This document shows, in pieces, positions 1 through 8,488 of a stretch of 44,300 nt of DNA. Made by a program: the position numbers and the translations under genes. Source of the DNA: a virus (Duplodnaviria > Caudoviricetes); IMG/VR virus record IMGVR_UViG_3300012953_000057, positions 1 through 44,300 of that record, one strand, 5' to 3'. Under the pieces are notes generated by a model, which saw only the letters and a list, made by a program, of their open reading frames with translations, had not been told where the DNA came from and did no database searches. The number at the start of each line of letters is the position of its first letter. The first letter of the stretch is position 1.

Positions 1-1
1 A

Positions 2-265
2 CACAAAGGTAGAGACATAGCTAAAATCGGGGCCCACACGAAGGGCTTGAATCGTAATTCAATAGGTATATGCTATTGTGGTGGCGTTGAAACTGATGGT
101 AAGACCCCGAAAGATACTAGACTAGATTGTCAAAAAGAAGCTTTGCTTGCTGTACTTAGAACTTTAAAAGCTATGTATCCAGAGGCAACTATACATTCGC
201 ATAGAGATTATGCTAAAAAAGCCTGTCCATCTTTTGATGCAACAGAAGAATATAAACATTTATAA
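2..265 (+). CDS. N-acetylmuramoyl-L-alanine amidase endolysin (T7 lysozyme-like), 5'-truncated by the window edge
   Basis: The frame is open from base 2 (HKGRDIAKIGAHTKGLNRNSIGICYCGG...LKAMYPEATIHSHRDYAKKACPSFD). The GAH, N..SIGI, H-x-D and K-x-CP motifs match T7-type Zn amidases. Confidence 0.93.
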   Translation, partial: HKGRDIAKIGAHTKGLNRNSIGICYCGGVETDGKTPKDTRLDCQKEALLAVLRTLKAMYPEATIHSHRDYAKKACPSFDATEEYKHL

Positions 266-275
266 TAAATAAACA

Positions 276-509
276 ATGGGAGTTAAAATTAGACCGAAAA
301 AAACAGTAGTTAAAAGCAAAGCTAAGTCAAAGGCTACTAAAAGAAAGCAGTCTTCAAAAAGTAAAACAACATATGCAGATGGAGAAACTGAAAAAAGAAA
401 ATACAAGACAAGAAAGATAGACGGAAAAGGTAAGCTGGTAGTGAAAAAAGTACAGAGAAATAAAGCTGGAAAAGTTACATCAAGAAAAAGAACAGTTACA
501 AAATACTAA
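276..509 (+). CDS. small, very Lys/Arg-rich hypothetical protein
   Basis: 77-aa ORF with an A-rich leader, tightly packed between neighbours; strongly basic composition. Confidence 0.75.
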   Translation: MGVKIRPKKTVVKSKAKSKATKRKQSSKSKTTYADGETEKRKYKTRKIDGKGKLVVKKVQRNKAGKVTSRKRTVTKY

Positions 510-510
510 A

Positions 511-654
511 ATGAAATCAAAAGGATTAGGCGATACAATAGAAAAGTTTACAAAAGCCACAGGTATAAAAAAATTAGTTGATACTATACCTGCTAGCTGT
601 GGTTGTGACAAGCGTAAAGACTGGTTCAATAAAAATTTCCCTTATAAACAATAG
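511..654 (+). CDS. small phage protein with GLGD...CGC motif (not in ORF track)
   Basis: Manual translation MKSKGLGDTIEKFTKATGIKKLVDTIPASCGCDKRKDWFNKNFPYKQ* exactly fills the gap 510-656. The GLGD/CGC..R pattern is one I recognise from small aquatic-phage ORFs. Confidence 0.8.
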   Translation: MKSKGLGDTIEKFTKATGIKKLVDTIPASCGCDKRKDWFNKNFPYKQ

Positions 655-656
655 TT

Positions 657-845
657 ATGGCAGAAAAAGAATTTCCTGAAATAAAGGAAGAAAACGAAGG
701 TAAGTTTACAGCGTGGGCTAAAAAGAACGGTTTTAAAGACGCTTGTTCTGCTGCCTCTGCTGTAATGAAAAATAAGAAAAAGTATAAATCAAACGTAATC
801 AAAATGGCTAACTATGCTAATAATTTTGGTTGTAAAAGAAAATAA
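657..845 (+). CDS. small basic hypothetical protein
   Basis: 62-aa ORF with 2-3 nt spacing to both neighbours. Confidence 0.75.
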   Translation: MAEKEFPEIKEENEGKFTAWAKKNGFKDACSAASAVMKNKKKYKSNVIKMANYANNFGCKRK

Positions 846-848
846 GTT

Positions 849-1187
849 ATGAATAAATATCAAGACAAAGAAGCATCTATGGACGATTACTCTCATGAGA
901 GAAAATTAAGGATAGATGGTAGATATGAAGCTGCACATGGTAAAATGGCTGCTGCTGAAAATGATTTTGATCATGCACACGCCTTAAAAAAAGACGCTCA
1001 CTTTGATGCTGAACATAGACACGGTGGTCACGCTGGAGCTATGAGTAGATCTGGTGGAGAGTCTTCAGTACATAAAGTACATAGCCATAGTCGAAAAAAT
1101 AATCCAAGATCTGGAAAAATACATTTTGATTCATCAACAGATAAAGGTATAGCTACTCTTTATACTGGAAAAAGAAAGGGTGAGTAA
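849..1187 (+). CDS. His-rich hypothetical protein
   Basis: 112 aa with 12 His; the stop overlaps the next start (TAATG). Confidence 0.75.
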   Translation: MNKYQDKEASMDDYSHERKLRIDGRYEAAHGKMAAAENDFDHAHALKKDAHFDAEHRHGGHAGAMSRSGGESSVHKVHSHSRKNNPRSGKIHFDSSTDKGIATLYTGKRKGE

Positions 1188-1345
1188 TGGAAACTATTAA
1201 AGATATTATTAACCATCCACTATCTAAAAGCATAGCTTGTATCGGTATAGGTATATTATTAGTTATGCATTCACACTCACTATATGCTGGTATAGCATTC
1301 GGCATGGGTATAAGAGAATTTTTATTAGCGTTTAAATCAGAGTAA
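1187..1345 (+). CDS. small two-helix membrane protein, holin/antiholin candidate (not in ORF track)
   Basis: METIKDIINHPLSKSIACIGIGILLVMHSHSLYAGIAFGMGIREFLLAFKSE*; coupled to the upstream gene by TAATG and fills the gap exactly. Confidence 0.7.
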   Translation: METIKDIINHPLSKSIACIGIGILLVMHSHSLYAGIAFGMGIREFLLAFKSE

Positions 1346-1346
1346 A

Positions 1347-3059
1347 ATGGCTAGAAGAACTAAGAAACAAAGAGAAGAGGATAGACAAGCTAGAAAAGAT
1401 AATAAGTTTAAGAAATTAAAGCAAAAGAAATTTAGCAATAAGGGAAAGAATACAGATAGATTTGCAGGGATACAAACCGAAGGTTTAGGCCCAGAAGTTC
1501 TTGACGCGTCCTCTTCATTTGATGAAAACTTAGTACAAAAGCCAACTCAACAATATAATCAAGCATTACTAACAAGCGAAGCTAGAAAACTAAATAGAAC
1601 AACAGCAACCAACTATGTAGATATTACCGGTAAGGATCATGGTGGAAATAGGCAAGACTGGATGAAGGGCAATAGCGCTGCTTTAGAAGTTAACAACGCG
1701 GCCTCACTAAGTGAATTACAAAACCCAGATCGACTAAACGCAGAAAAAGACTTCGTTGGAAGTGATATGATGATTGGAAATATGAGTGGCGACTATCAAA
1801 TGCGCGGAACAGCTTTGGGCGGGGTAAGACGCCAAGATGAAGTTAGGGGAGCTACCAGGTCTATGATTCCTGATGCAAATACACCTACAAATTATAATAA
1901 GGTAAATTTAGGTGAGAGAATGGGAGCAGTTGGTATAAAAGCTGGAGACGAGAGTAGTCGCGTTAAAGACTTAACATTAGGAGATTTAAAAGATAAGTTT
2001 TCTGGAGCTTCTACAACACCATACGCAGCAGATGGAAGTACTTACGCAGATGCATATGGACATTCTACAAGAAAAGCAAAAGATGGTGAAGTAGTAGATT
2101 ATCATGGTGGAACTGGAGCAGGTGTAAATACCATGGGAGCAGAAGCTTTAGGTGCATCTAGAGCTTCTCAATTAAGAGGATATTCACCTATTGAAGTCAA
2201 GAATTTAAAATCTGTATCATATACTCGTAAAGATGGTCAGATATTAAATAATGACGTTAAATCAAGTAATAGAAAAGGTGATAAAACTATATTCGCCACT
2301 GGAAATAATCCAGGTGTTAAAAAAGTTACTAGAGTGGCTAATCAATATGGGACTAGAACTGGTAGTGATAAAAATCCATATGGTCAATATGGTAGAGATA
2401 ATTTTTCAAAATTAGCAGTTAATGAAACAACTCAAAGCTTAAAAGTAGGTAGAACTTTACAAAAACAAAACTTACACAAACATAAATTTGGATTACAAAG
2501 ATTAAACGATCACAGAATGAAACCTGAGAAAATTAAAGGTCGTGTAGATTTAGATATGTCAGGTAGTGTAGATACTAAATTAGAAAGAAAGGCTAAAGTT
2601 TTCGCTGGAAGAGATCAACTGTTTGCAACTAGAAGAGAGGCTAGAAAAAATATAAAGAAAGGTTTTGTTAGTGATAATCCTAACTCAATTAAAGGTAGAG
2701 CTCTTGAATATACTAAAAATGGTAAAAAAATAAGCGAAGAGGCTTTTAAAAGAGAAAGAACTGACAACATCAAAAAATTCAATAAAAACCAAACAAATTA
2801 TCAAACAGCTCAAGTAAATGCTGGAGCTGGAGGTGCAACTCTTACAGGTGCTAATAGTTACGCGAGTAGAATGAATGTTGATAAAACTTCAGCATTTGGA
2901 AATACGCCAAGAACTAGATTAACATCTACGGAAACAAACGTTAACTTTAGAAAACAAAAAGGAGATAAAACAAAGTTAAACAAATTTGGCAAACAACAGA
3001 AGAGAATGGATAGAAGAGATAAAATGAAATCTAGTATTAAAAGTTTTTTCAAGCCATGA
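1347..3059 (+). CDS. 570-aa basic, probably largely disordered hypothetical protein
   Basis: Long ORF rich in K/R/G/N/T with basic termini; ATGA overlap with the holin. Confidence 0.8.
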   Translation: MARRTKKQREEDRQARKDNKFKKLKQKKFSNKGKNTDRFAGIQTEGLGPEVLDASSSFDENLVQKPTQQYNQALLTSEARKLNRTTATNYVDITGKDHGGNRQDWMKGNSAALEVNNAASLSELQNPDRLNAEKDFVGSDMMIGNMSGDYQMRGTALGGVRRQDEVRGATRSMIPDANTPTNYNKVNLGERMGAVGIKAGDESSRVKDLTLGDLKDKFSGASTTPYAADGSTYADAYGHSTRKAKDGEVVDYHGGTGAGVNTMGAEALGASRASQLRGYSPIEVKNLKSVSYTRKDGQILNNDVKSSNRKGDKTIFATGNNPGVKKVTRVANQYGTRTGSDKNPYGQYGRDNFSKLAVNETTQSLKVGRTLQKQNLHKHKFGLQRLNDHRMKPEKIKGRVDLDMSGSVDTKLERKAKVFAGRDQLFATRREARKNIKKGFVSDNPNSIKGRALEYTKNGKKISEEAFKRERTDNIKKFNKNQTNYQTAQVNAGAGGATLTGANSYASRMNVDKTSAFGNTPRTRLTSTETNVNFRKQKGDKTKLNKFGKQQKRMDRRDKMKSSIKSFFKP

Positions 3060-3508
3060 GTAAACCTAAAAAGAAATTTAAAGAAACAAAAGTAGGGGCT
3101 TTTTTAACAGAGAAAGCTCCTAAGTTAGTTTCACAGTTAGGGGAATTTTTACCTGACCAAGGCGGTCTTGGGATAGTAAAAAATCTTATAACAAGTGATA
3201 AAAGTATTAAGGCAGCTGACAAAGATATGGCTTTAAAGCTTTTAGATCAAGATATAGCTGAGATGAATAATATATCTCAAAGATGGGCTAGTGATATGAA
3301 AAGCGATTCATGGCTAAGCAAGAACACTAGACCTATGACGCTAATATTTCTTACTTTAGCCATGACAATATTTATAGTACTAGATTCAACTATACTATTA
3401 GAAATAAAACAAGGTTGGGTTTCATTATTAGAAGCTTTACTATTAACAGTTTATGTAGCATACTTTGGAAGCAGAGGAGCTGAAAAAATAACAAAAATAA
3501 AAAAATAA
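3056..3508 (+). CDS. holin (GTA-type 'holin of 3 TMs' family-like)
   Basis: RW..DM.SDSWLSKNTRP followed by two hydrophobic helices and YFGSRG..K, typical of this holin family; close to the amidase. Confidence 0.75.
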   Translation: MSKPKKKFKETKVGAFLTEKAPKLVSQLGEFLPDQGGLGIVKNLITSDKSIKAADKDMALKLLDQDIAEMNNISQRWASDMKSDSWLSKNTRPMTLIFLTLAMTIFIVLDSTILLEIKQGWVSLLEALLLTVYVAYFGSRGAEKITKIKK

Positions 3509-3509
3509 A

Positions 3510-3899
3510 ATGGCAACAGTAAATAAAATAGAAATAGCCGGATTAGAAGGAAATGAAGCAGCTCAACCAAGGGTTTTTGCCCATTCAGCAAACACTATAA
3601 CTTTGTCCAATGACACAGGCACGGGTAACGAAAACTTGTTTGTTTATGTAATTCCTAATACCGGTACTGATCCTTCAGTAGGCGACACTCAAACAGTTCA
3701 AACTAGAGGAGCTTGTATATATATTGGTAATATAACAGGTGGTTCAACTTTAGACGTAGAACTAGAAGATGGTAGTAGAGTATTATTTAAAGGACTTACT
3801 GCTGGATCTTTTTTACCTATATTAGCTACAAAAATATATTCAACAGATGATCAAGGCATTCAGTCTACTACAGTTGATGACATTTTAGCATTATTTTAA
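3510..3899 (+). CDS. putative head spike base protein (RcGTA Rcc01079-like)
   Basis: C-terminal half GACIYIG..GG.TLDVELEDGSRVLFKGLTAGSFLPILATKIYST...ILALF resembles the spike-base family pattern. Confidence 0.6.
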   Translation: MATVNKIEIAGLEGNEAAQPRVFAHSANTITLSNDTGTGNENLFVYVIPNTGTDPSVGDTQTVQTRGACIYIGNITGGSTLDVELEDGSRVLFKGLTAGSFLPILATKIYSTDDQGIQSTTVDDILALF

Positions 3900-4076
3900 A
3901 TGAAAATGGGTATGGGGGCGATACTGCCCGACTTAGCTGCTTTACCAGGTGCTTCAAGACCAGGCGGAGGACCTACTCCACCACCACCACCATCTGATTT
4001 TTTTATACTATGGGAAGATGGTAGTGAATTAGAAATGCAAAATGGTATAGATAAAGTTTTAACACAAACACAATAA
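3900..4076 (+). CDS. small Pro/Gly-rich protein, putative spike-base/fibre adaptor (not in ORF track)
   Basis: MKMGMGAILPDLAALPGASRPGGGPTPPPPPSDFFILWEDGSELEMQNGIDKVLTQTQ*; abuts both neighbours on the coding strand. Confidence 0.7.
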   Translation: MKMGMGAILPDLAALPGASRPGGGPTPPPPPSDFFILWEDGSELEMQNGIDKVLTQTQ

Positions 4077-4079
4077 AAA

Positions 4080-4937
4080 ATGGCAAATAAGAAAATAAGT
4101 GATTTTAGCGCAGTTAAGGACGCTGACATTAGCAACATAACAGCTTTAGCTGGTGTAGGAACTGATGCTCAAGACCAAGCAAATCAAAATGTAAAAATAT
4201 CAGGTGCTGAATTAGTCAGTAGTTTAGACATACCTACAAAAACTAGTGATATTACAAACGACTCTGGTTTTATAACAAGCTCGTCTTTACCAACTGTTAA
4301 CAACGGACAACTAACAATTACTGTTGATGGTGCAGCTACTACATTTACTGCTAACGAAGCTGGTAATAAATCTGTAAGTATAACTACTGGTGGCAGCAGC
4401 GCTATAGATTCAGGTACAACAGCTCAGATGCTTGCTGTTGCAAATCCTGTTGTTGGACAACAATTTTTAAATACAGATTATGCATGGGCGACAGGTGTAA
4501 ATCCTAAAATATTCGCATGGTCAGGAGTTAGATGGTATGTGCCAGGTGAAACTATTATTTATAAAAAAGTAACTGATCAAGCTTGTGACAAAGGAATGCT
4601 ACTTGATTTAAGTACTAGTGCAACTGGTACTACTAGAATAGCTACAACCGCCGGAGATACTGAATTAGTTGGTGTTTGTGTTTATGATGAAGCAGAAACC
4701 AATGACACTGTTGTTATAGCGGTTACAGGTGTGTGGCCTGTTTTATGTAGTCCAACTGGAGGTTCAATTGCAATAAGAGACTTTTTAGATCATGATGGAT
4801 CAGGTATTTACGATGGTTACGCGAATGAAGACTCTGCTGGATCTGGTGTTATGGCTATAGCTATAGAAGCAGCTACCTCAGCTTCATTACCGAGATTAGT
4901 TTACGCACAGTTACTAATACCTTCTGAGGTATACTAA
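4080..4937 (+). CDS. virion fibre/decoration protein
   Basis: MANKKISDF N-terminus and a PTKTSDITNDSGFIT segment are typical of phage fibres. The C-terminal G/A/V-rich domain resembles capsid cement (DUF2190-like) folds. Confidence 0.55.
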   Translation: MANKKISDFSAVKDADISNITALAGVGTDAQDQANQNVKISGAELVSSLDIPTKTSDITNDSGFITSSSLPTVNNGQLTITVDGAATTFTANEAGNKSVSITTGGSSAIDSGTTAQMLAVANPVVGQQFLNTDYAWATGVNPKIFAWSGVRWYVPGETIIYKKVTDQACDKGMLLDLSTSATGTTRIATTAGDTELVGVCVYDEAETNDTVVIAVTGVWPVLCSPTGGSIAIRDFLDHDGSGIYDGYANEDSAGSGVMAIAIEAATSASLPRLVYAQLLIPSEVY

Positions 4938-4965
4938 AAATAAATAAACAATTAAATTAAATTAA

Positions 4966-5232
4966 ATGAGTAAAAATAAATTAAGTGAAAAAGAGTTAGA
5001 AAGATTAAAAGAGTCTTATTCTAATATAGATAAAACAGTTTTTGATATTGGTGTAGTAGAAAGCAGAAAGCACGGACTACTACACGAGTTAGCTATGCTA
5101 AACGAAAAGCTAGAAGAAGTTAAGAAAGAACTTCATATTAAGTACGGTGAAGTTAACATAGACGTTAACACTGGTGAGTACACTGACATTGAAAAGAAAG
5201 AAGAAGAAGTAGAAGTACTTGAAGATGCATAG
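4966..5232 (+). CDS. small coiled-coil hypothetical protein (possible fibre chaperone)
   Basis: 88 aa with a heptad pattern and a KYG.VNID..TG motif; preceded by an (ATTAA)3 leader. Confidence 0.7.
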   Translation: MSKNKLSEKELERLKESYSNIDKTVFDIGVVESRKHGLLHELAMLNEKLEEVKKELHIKYGEVNIDVNTGEYTDIEKKEEEVEVLEDA

Positions 5233-5452
5233 TATAATTAGAAAAATAAGTATAGGATCTGATTACAAAAACGACGCAATGCATTATTCAGTGGGCCAAG
5301 AAGTTTATGGTGGTCATACTATATGTGATATACTTAGCAATGATAACAGTGGTGAATACTCTATTTACATTAAAAAAGGAAATGAAGTATTACCCTGGAA
5401 AAGATTTAATTCTAACATGGCAATAGCCGTAGAATTTGATCTTAAATATTAA
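5219..5452 (+). CDS. hypothetical protein (true start may be a few codons downstream)
   Basis: ORF coupled to both neighbours; IIRKISIG.DYK...MHY.VGQ. Confidence 0.75.
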   Translation: MKMHSIIRKISIGSDYKNDAMHYSVGQEVYGGHTICDILSNDNSGEYSIYIKKGNEVLPWKRFNSNMAIAVEFDLKY

Positions 5453-6048
5453 TGCGTAGTTTATATAATTTTATTGTTAAACCATATAAGGATAGGTATA
5501 ACAATAAGACATATGTAGAGGGTAAAGAGCTTATTACTAATACTAGTATAGAAGATTTTAGATCAGTAAGTAAACAAGCTTTAGTAGTTTCTACACCCTC
5601 TGCTTTTGATACGGATATAAGACCAGGTGATAAACTTTATGTTCATCACAACTTGTTTAGAAGATGGTATGATCAAAAAGGTAAGCAAAGAAATAGTGCA
5701 ACTTATTTTAAAGATGATTTGTATTTTTGCAGTTTAGACCAAATATACATGTATAATCTAAAGTGCCACTTAAACTATTGCTTTGTTAAACCTATAGTAA
5801 ATCAATCCAATTTAAGCACTTCTAAAGAGAAAGAACATTTTGGTATATTAAAATATTCTAATAACTCCTTAGAAGCTGTAGGATTAAAACCTGGAGATCT
5901 TGTAGTATTTACACCAGATTCTGAATTTGAGTTTATTATAGAAGGCGAACGCCTTTATTGTATGAAATCTAATGATATAGCACTAACACATGAACACAAA
6001 GGAAACGAAAAAGAAAATAATCCAAGCTGGGCAAGCAGCAGTAGTTGA
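5452..6048 (+). CDS. GroES-like (co-chaperonin fold) protein with two tandem domains
   Basis: Two repeats: FIVKP...ALVVSTP...DIRPGDKLYVH and CFVKP...GILKY...GLKPGDLVVF...EFIIEGERLYCMKSNDI. The second closely follows the GroES pattern GD.V.F...E..I.GE....M...DI. Confidence 0.6.
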   Translation: MRSLYNFIVKPYKDRYNNKTYVEGKELITNTSIEDFRSVSKQALVVSTPSAFDTDIRPGDKLYVHHNLFRRWYDQKGKQRNSATYFKDDLYFCSLDQIYMYNLKCHLNYCFVKPIVNQSNLSTSKEKEHFGILKYSNNSLEAVGLKPGDLVVFTPDSEFEFIIEGERLYCMKSNDIALTHEHKGNEKENNPSWASSSS

Positions 6049-6262
6049 GTTAATAAAAGTAGCAAAAGAGCCTATAGTAGATACAGGAGAAGATGTTACG
6101 GCTGATAGACTTAAAAATGCCGCCGCAACTAAAAAGCTTGCTATATTTGATGCTTTTGAAATATTAACTCGTATACAAGAAGAAGAAGATAAACTTAGTG
6201 AGAAGCCAAAAGAGAAAAAGCAAGAAAGGGTTTTTAAGTTCGCGGAAGGGAGAAGTAAATGA
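5990..6262 (+). CDS. putative terminase small subunit
   Basis: Helical 90-aa ORF immediately upstream of TerL and overlapping it (ATGA); assignment is by position. Confidence 0.5.
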   Translation: MNTKETKKKIIQAGQAAVVELIKVAKEPIVDTGEDVTADRLKNAAATKKLAIFDAFEILTRIQEEEDKLSEKPKEKKQERVFKFAEGRSK

Positions 6263-8484
6263 GTTACGAGCAAACTTTATGGATAGAGATAAAAGATGTT
6301 GTAAACTCTAAAATACTATCTAAACAAAATAGATTAAAGAAGTGGGAGTATGGTTATAACGCTGATTATGATTTTATAGTAATAAGTAAAACTGGACAAA
6401 TTGGACAGATCATTGAAATTCAAAACCTCCGTATTGCACTACCAAAAGCAGATAAACCTTTTAAACGAAGCGAAGTTAAAAAGGAACAGTACTGGGAGAA
6501 ACAAGAATACCCGAAAGCTTTAAGTAGAATAAAAAGTAGGTTTGATTGGGATGAATATCCAAATGAATTTAAAGAAGAATGGTTTGATTATATAGATGAA
6601 GAATTTAAAAAAAGAGATGAAGGGTATTGGTTTTATAATAACGGTAGCCCTACTTATATCACAGGTACTCACTATATGTACTTGCAATGGTCAAAAATCG
6701 ACGTTGGTGCTCCCGACTATAGAGAAGCAAATAGACTCTTCTTTATATTTTGGGAAGCATGTAAAGCCGATAATAGATGCTATGGAATGTGTTACCTTAA
6801 AAACAGACGGAGTGGCTTTAGCTTCATGTCGTCCGCCGAGTTGGTTAACCAAGCAACCATATCTTCAGACGCTCGATTCGGCATCCTTTCAAAAACTGGA
6901 GCAGATGCTAAAAAAATGTTCACAGATAAAGTTGTCCCGATATCCGTTAACTATCCGTTTTTCTTCAAACCAATCCAAGATGGTATGGATCGTCCTAAGA
7001 CCGAACTGGCATATAGAGTACCAGCTTCAAAACTTACTAGACGTAAATTAGATACAAATGCGCAGTTAAAAGAACTACAAGGTCTTGACACAACTATAGA
7101 TTGGAAAAACACAGGTGATAACTCTTACGATGGTGAAAAACTAAAAATACTAGCTCATGATGAGAGTGGTAAATGGGAGAGGCCTGATAATATATTAAAC
7201 AACTGGAGAGTTACAAAAACTACATTAAGACTAGGACGTAGAATCGTAGGTAAGTGTATGATGGGCTCAACTTCAAATGCATTAGACAAAGGTGGAAACA
7301 ACTTCAAAAAACTTTACTATAATTCAGACGTTACAAAAAGAAATAGAAACGGACAAACAGTTAGCGGACTCTATTCTCTTTTCATCCCTATGGAATGGAA
7401 CTACGAAGGATTCATGGATACTTTTGGATTACCTGTATTCACTACGCCAAAAAATAAGATCATCGGAATTGATAATGTCTCAATTGATACAGGAGTAATT
7501 GAACATTGGGAGAATGAAGTAGAAGGATTAAAAAATGATCAAGATAGTTTAAATGAATACTATAGACAATTTCCTCGAAGTGAAGCTCATGCTTTTAGAG
7601 ATGAAGCTAAAAACAGTTTGTTTAATCTTACTAAAATATATCAGCAAATAGATTATAATGAATATTCTAATTCTAACAAAAATGTTACTAAAGGTAATTT
7701 TCAATGGACAAAAGCAATTAAAGATACACAAGTAATATTTGTACCTAATAACAACGGAAGATTTCTTGTTTCTTGGATACCACCATCAAACTTACAAAAT
7801 AAAATAATCTTAAAAAATGGACTTAAATACCCTGGAAACGATCATATCGGAGCATTTGGTTGTGACTCTTATGATATTAGTGGTACTGTCGATGGCCGCG
7901 GGTCTAAGGGAGCACTTCATGGATTGACTAAGTTTTCGATGGAAGATGCACCGCCTAATCACTTTTTTTTAGAATACATATCAAGACCACAAACAGCCGA
8001 AGTGTTTTTTGAAGATGTTTTAATGGCGTGTATTTTTTATGGTATGCCATTACTTTGTGAAAACAACAAGCCTAGATTATTGTACTATTTTAAAAGAAGA
8101 GGCTATAGAGGTTTTAGTATGAATAGACCAGATAAAACTTGGAATAAACTTTCGGTTACTGAAAGAGAAATTGGTGGAATACCAAACTCCAGTCAAGATA
8201 TCAAACAAGCTCACGCGGCAGCTATTGAAACTTATATAGAAGATTATATAGGGTACAATGATGAAGAAATAGGTGATATGTATTTTCAGAAGACTTTAGA
8301 AGATTGGGCTACATTTGATATAAATAATAGAACAAAGCACGATGCTACTATTAGTTCTGGTTTGGCTATAATGGCTTGTAACAAAAACAGATATAGACCA
8401 AATGCTTTAGTCAATTTAAAAAAATTTAATTTAGGAATAAAAACTTATGATAACACTGGATACACTTCAAAAATTAACACATAA
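6259..8484 (+). CDS. terL: terminase large subunit
   Basis: YLKNRRSGFS (Walker A-like), ILAHDESGK (Walker B), GST (motif III), FGCDSYD and HDATISSG nuclease acidic motifs; followed by portal and capsid genes. Confidence 0.92.
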   Translation: MSYEQTLWIEIKDVVNSKILSKQNRLKKWEYGYNADYDFIVISKTGQIGQIIEIQNLRIALPKADKPFKRSEVKKEQYWEKQEYPKALSRIKSRFDWDEYPNEFKEEWFDYIDEEFKKRDEGYWFYNNGSPTYITGTHYMYLQWSKIDVGAPDYREANRLFFIFWEACKADNRCYGMCYLKNRRSGFSFMSSAELVNQATISSDARFGILSKTGADAKKMFTDKVVPISVNYPFFFKPIQDGMDRPKTELAYRVPASKLTRRKLDTNAQLKELQGLDTTIDWKNTGDNSYDGEKLKILAHDESGKWERPDNILNNWRVTKTTLRLGRRIVGKCMMGSTSNALDKGGNNFKKLYYNSDVTKRNRNGQTVSGLYSLFIPMEWNYEGFMDTFGLPVFTTPKNKIIGIDNVSIDTGVIEHWENEVEGLKNDQDSLNEYYRQFPRSEAHAFRDEAKNSLFNLTKIYQQIDYNEYSNSNKNVTKGNFQWTKAIKDTQVIFVPNNNGRFLVSWIPPSNLQNKIILKNGLKYPGNDHIGAFGCDSYDISGTVDGRGSKGALHGLTKFSMEDAPPNHFFLEYISRPQTAEVFFEDVLMACIFYGMPLLCENNKPRLLYYFKRRGYRGFSMNRPDKTWNKLSVTEREIGGIPNSSQDIKQAHAAAIETYIEDYIGYNDEEIGDMYFQKTLEDWATFDINNRTKHDATISSGLAIMACNKNRYRPNALVNLKKFNLGIKTYDNTGYTSKINT

Positions 8485-8488
8485 ATAA

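Noticed and set aside
3896-4138. 80-aa - strand ORF in the track
   Set aside because: It is antisense to a better-fitting + strand 58-aa ORF (3900-4076) and the fibre start.
6596-7498. Alternate-frame ORFs inside terL (151 aa, 68 aa)
   Set aside because: Fully nested in a conserved gene, with no motifs; likely chance open frames.
6259-8484. Intein or group I intron in terL (also considered for nrdJ and the capsid gene)
   Set aside because: The ORFs are continuous and of ordinary length, with no intein splice motifs or homing-endonuclease insert recognised.
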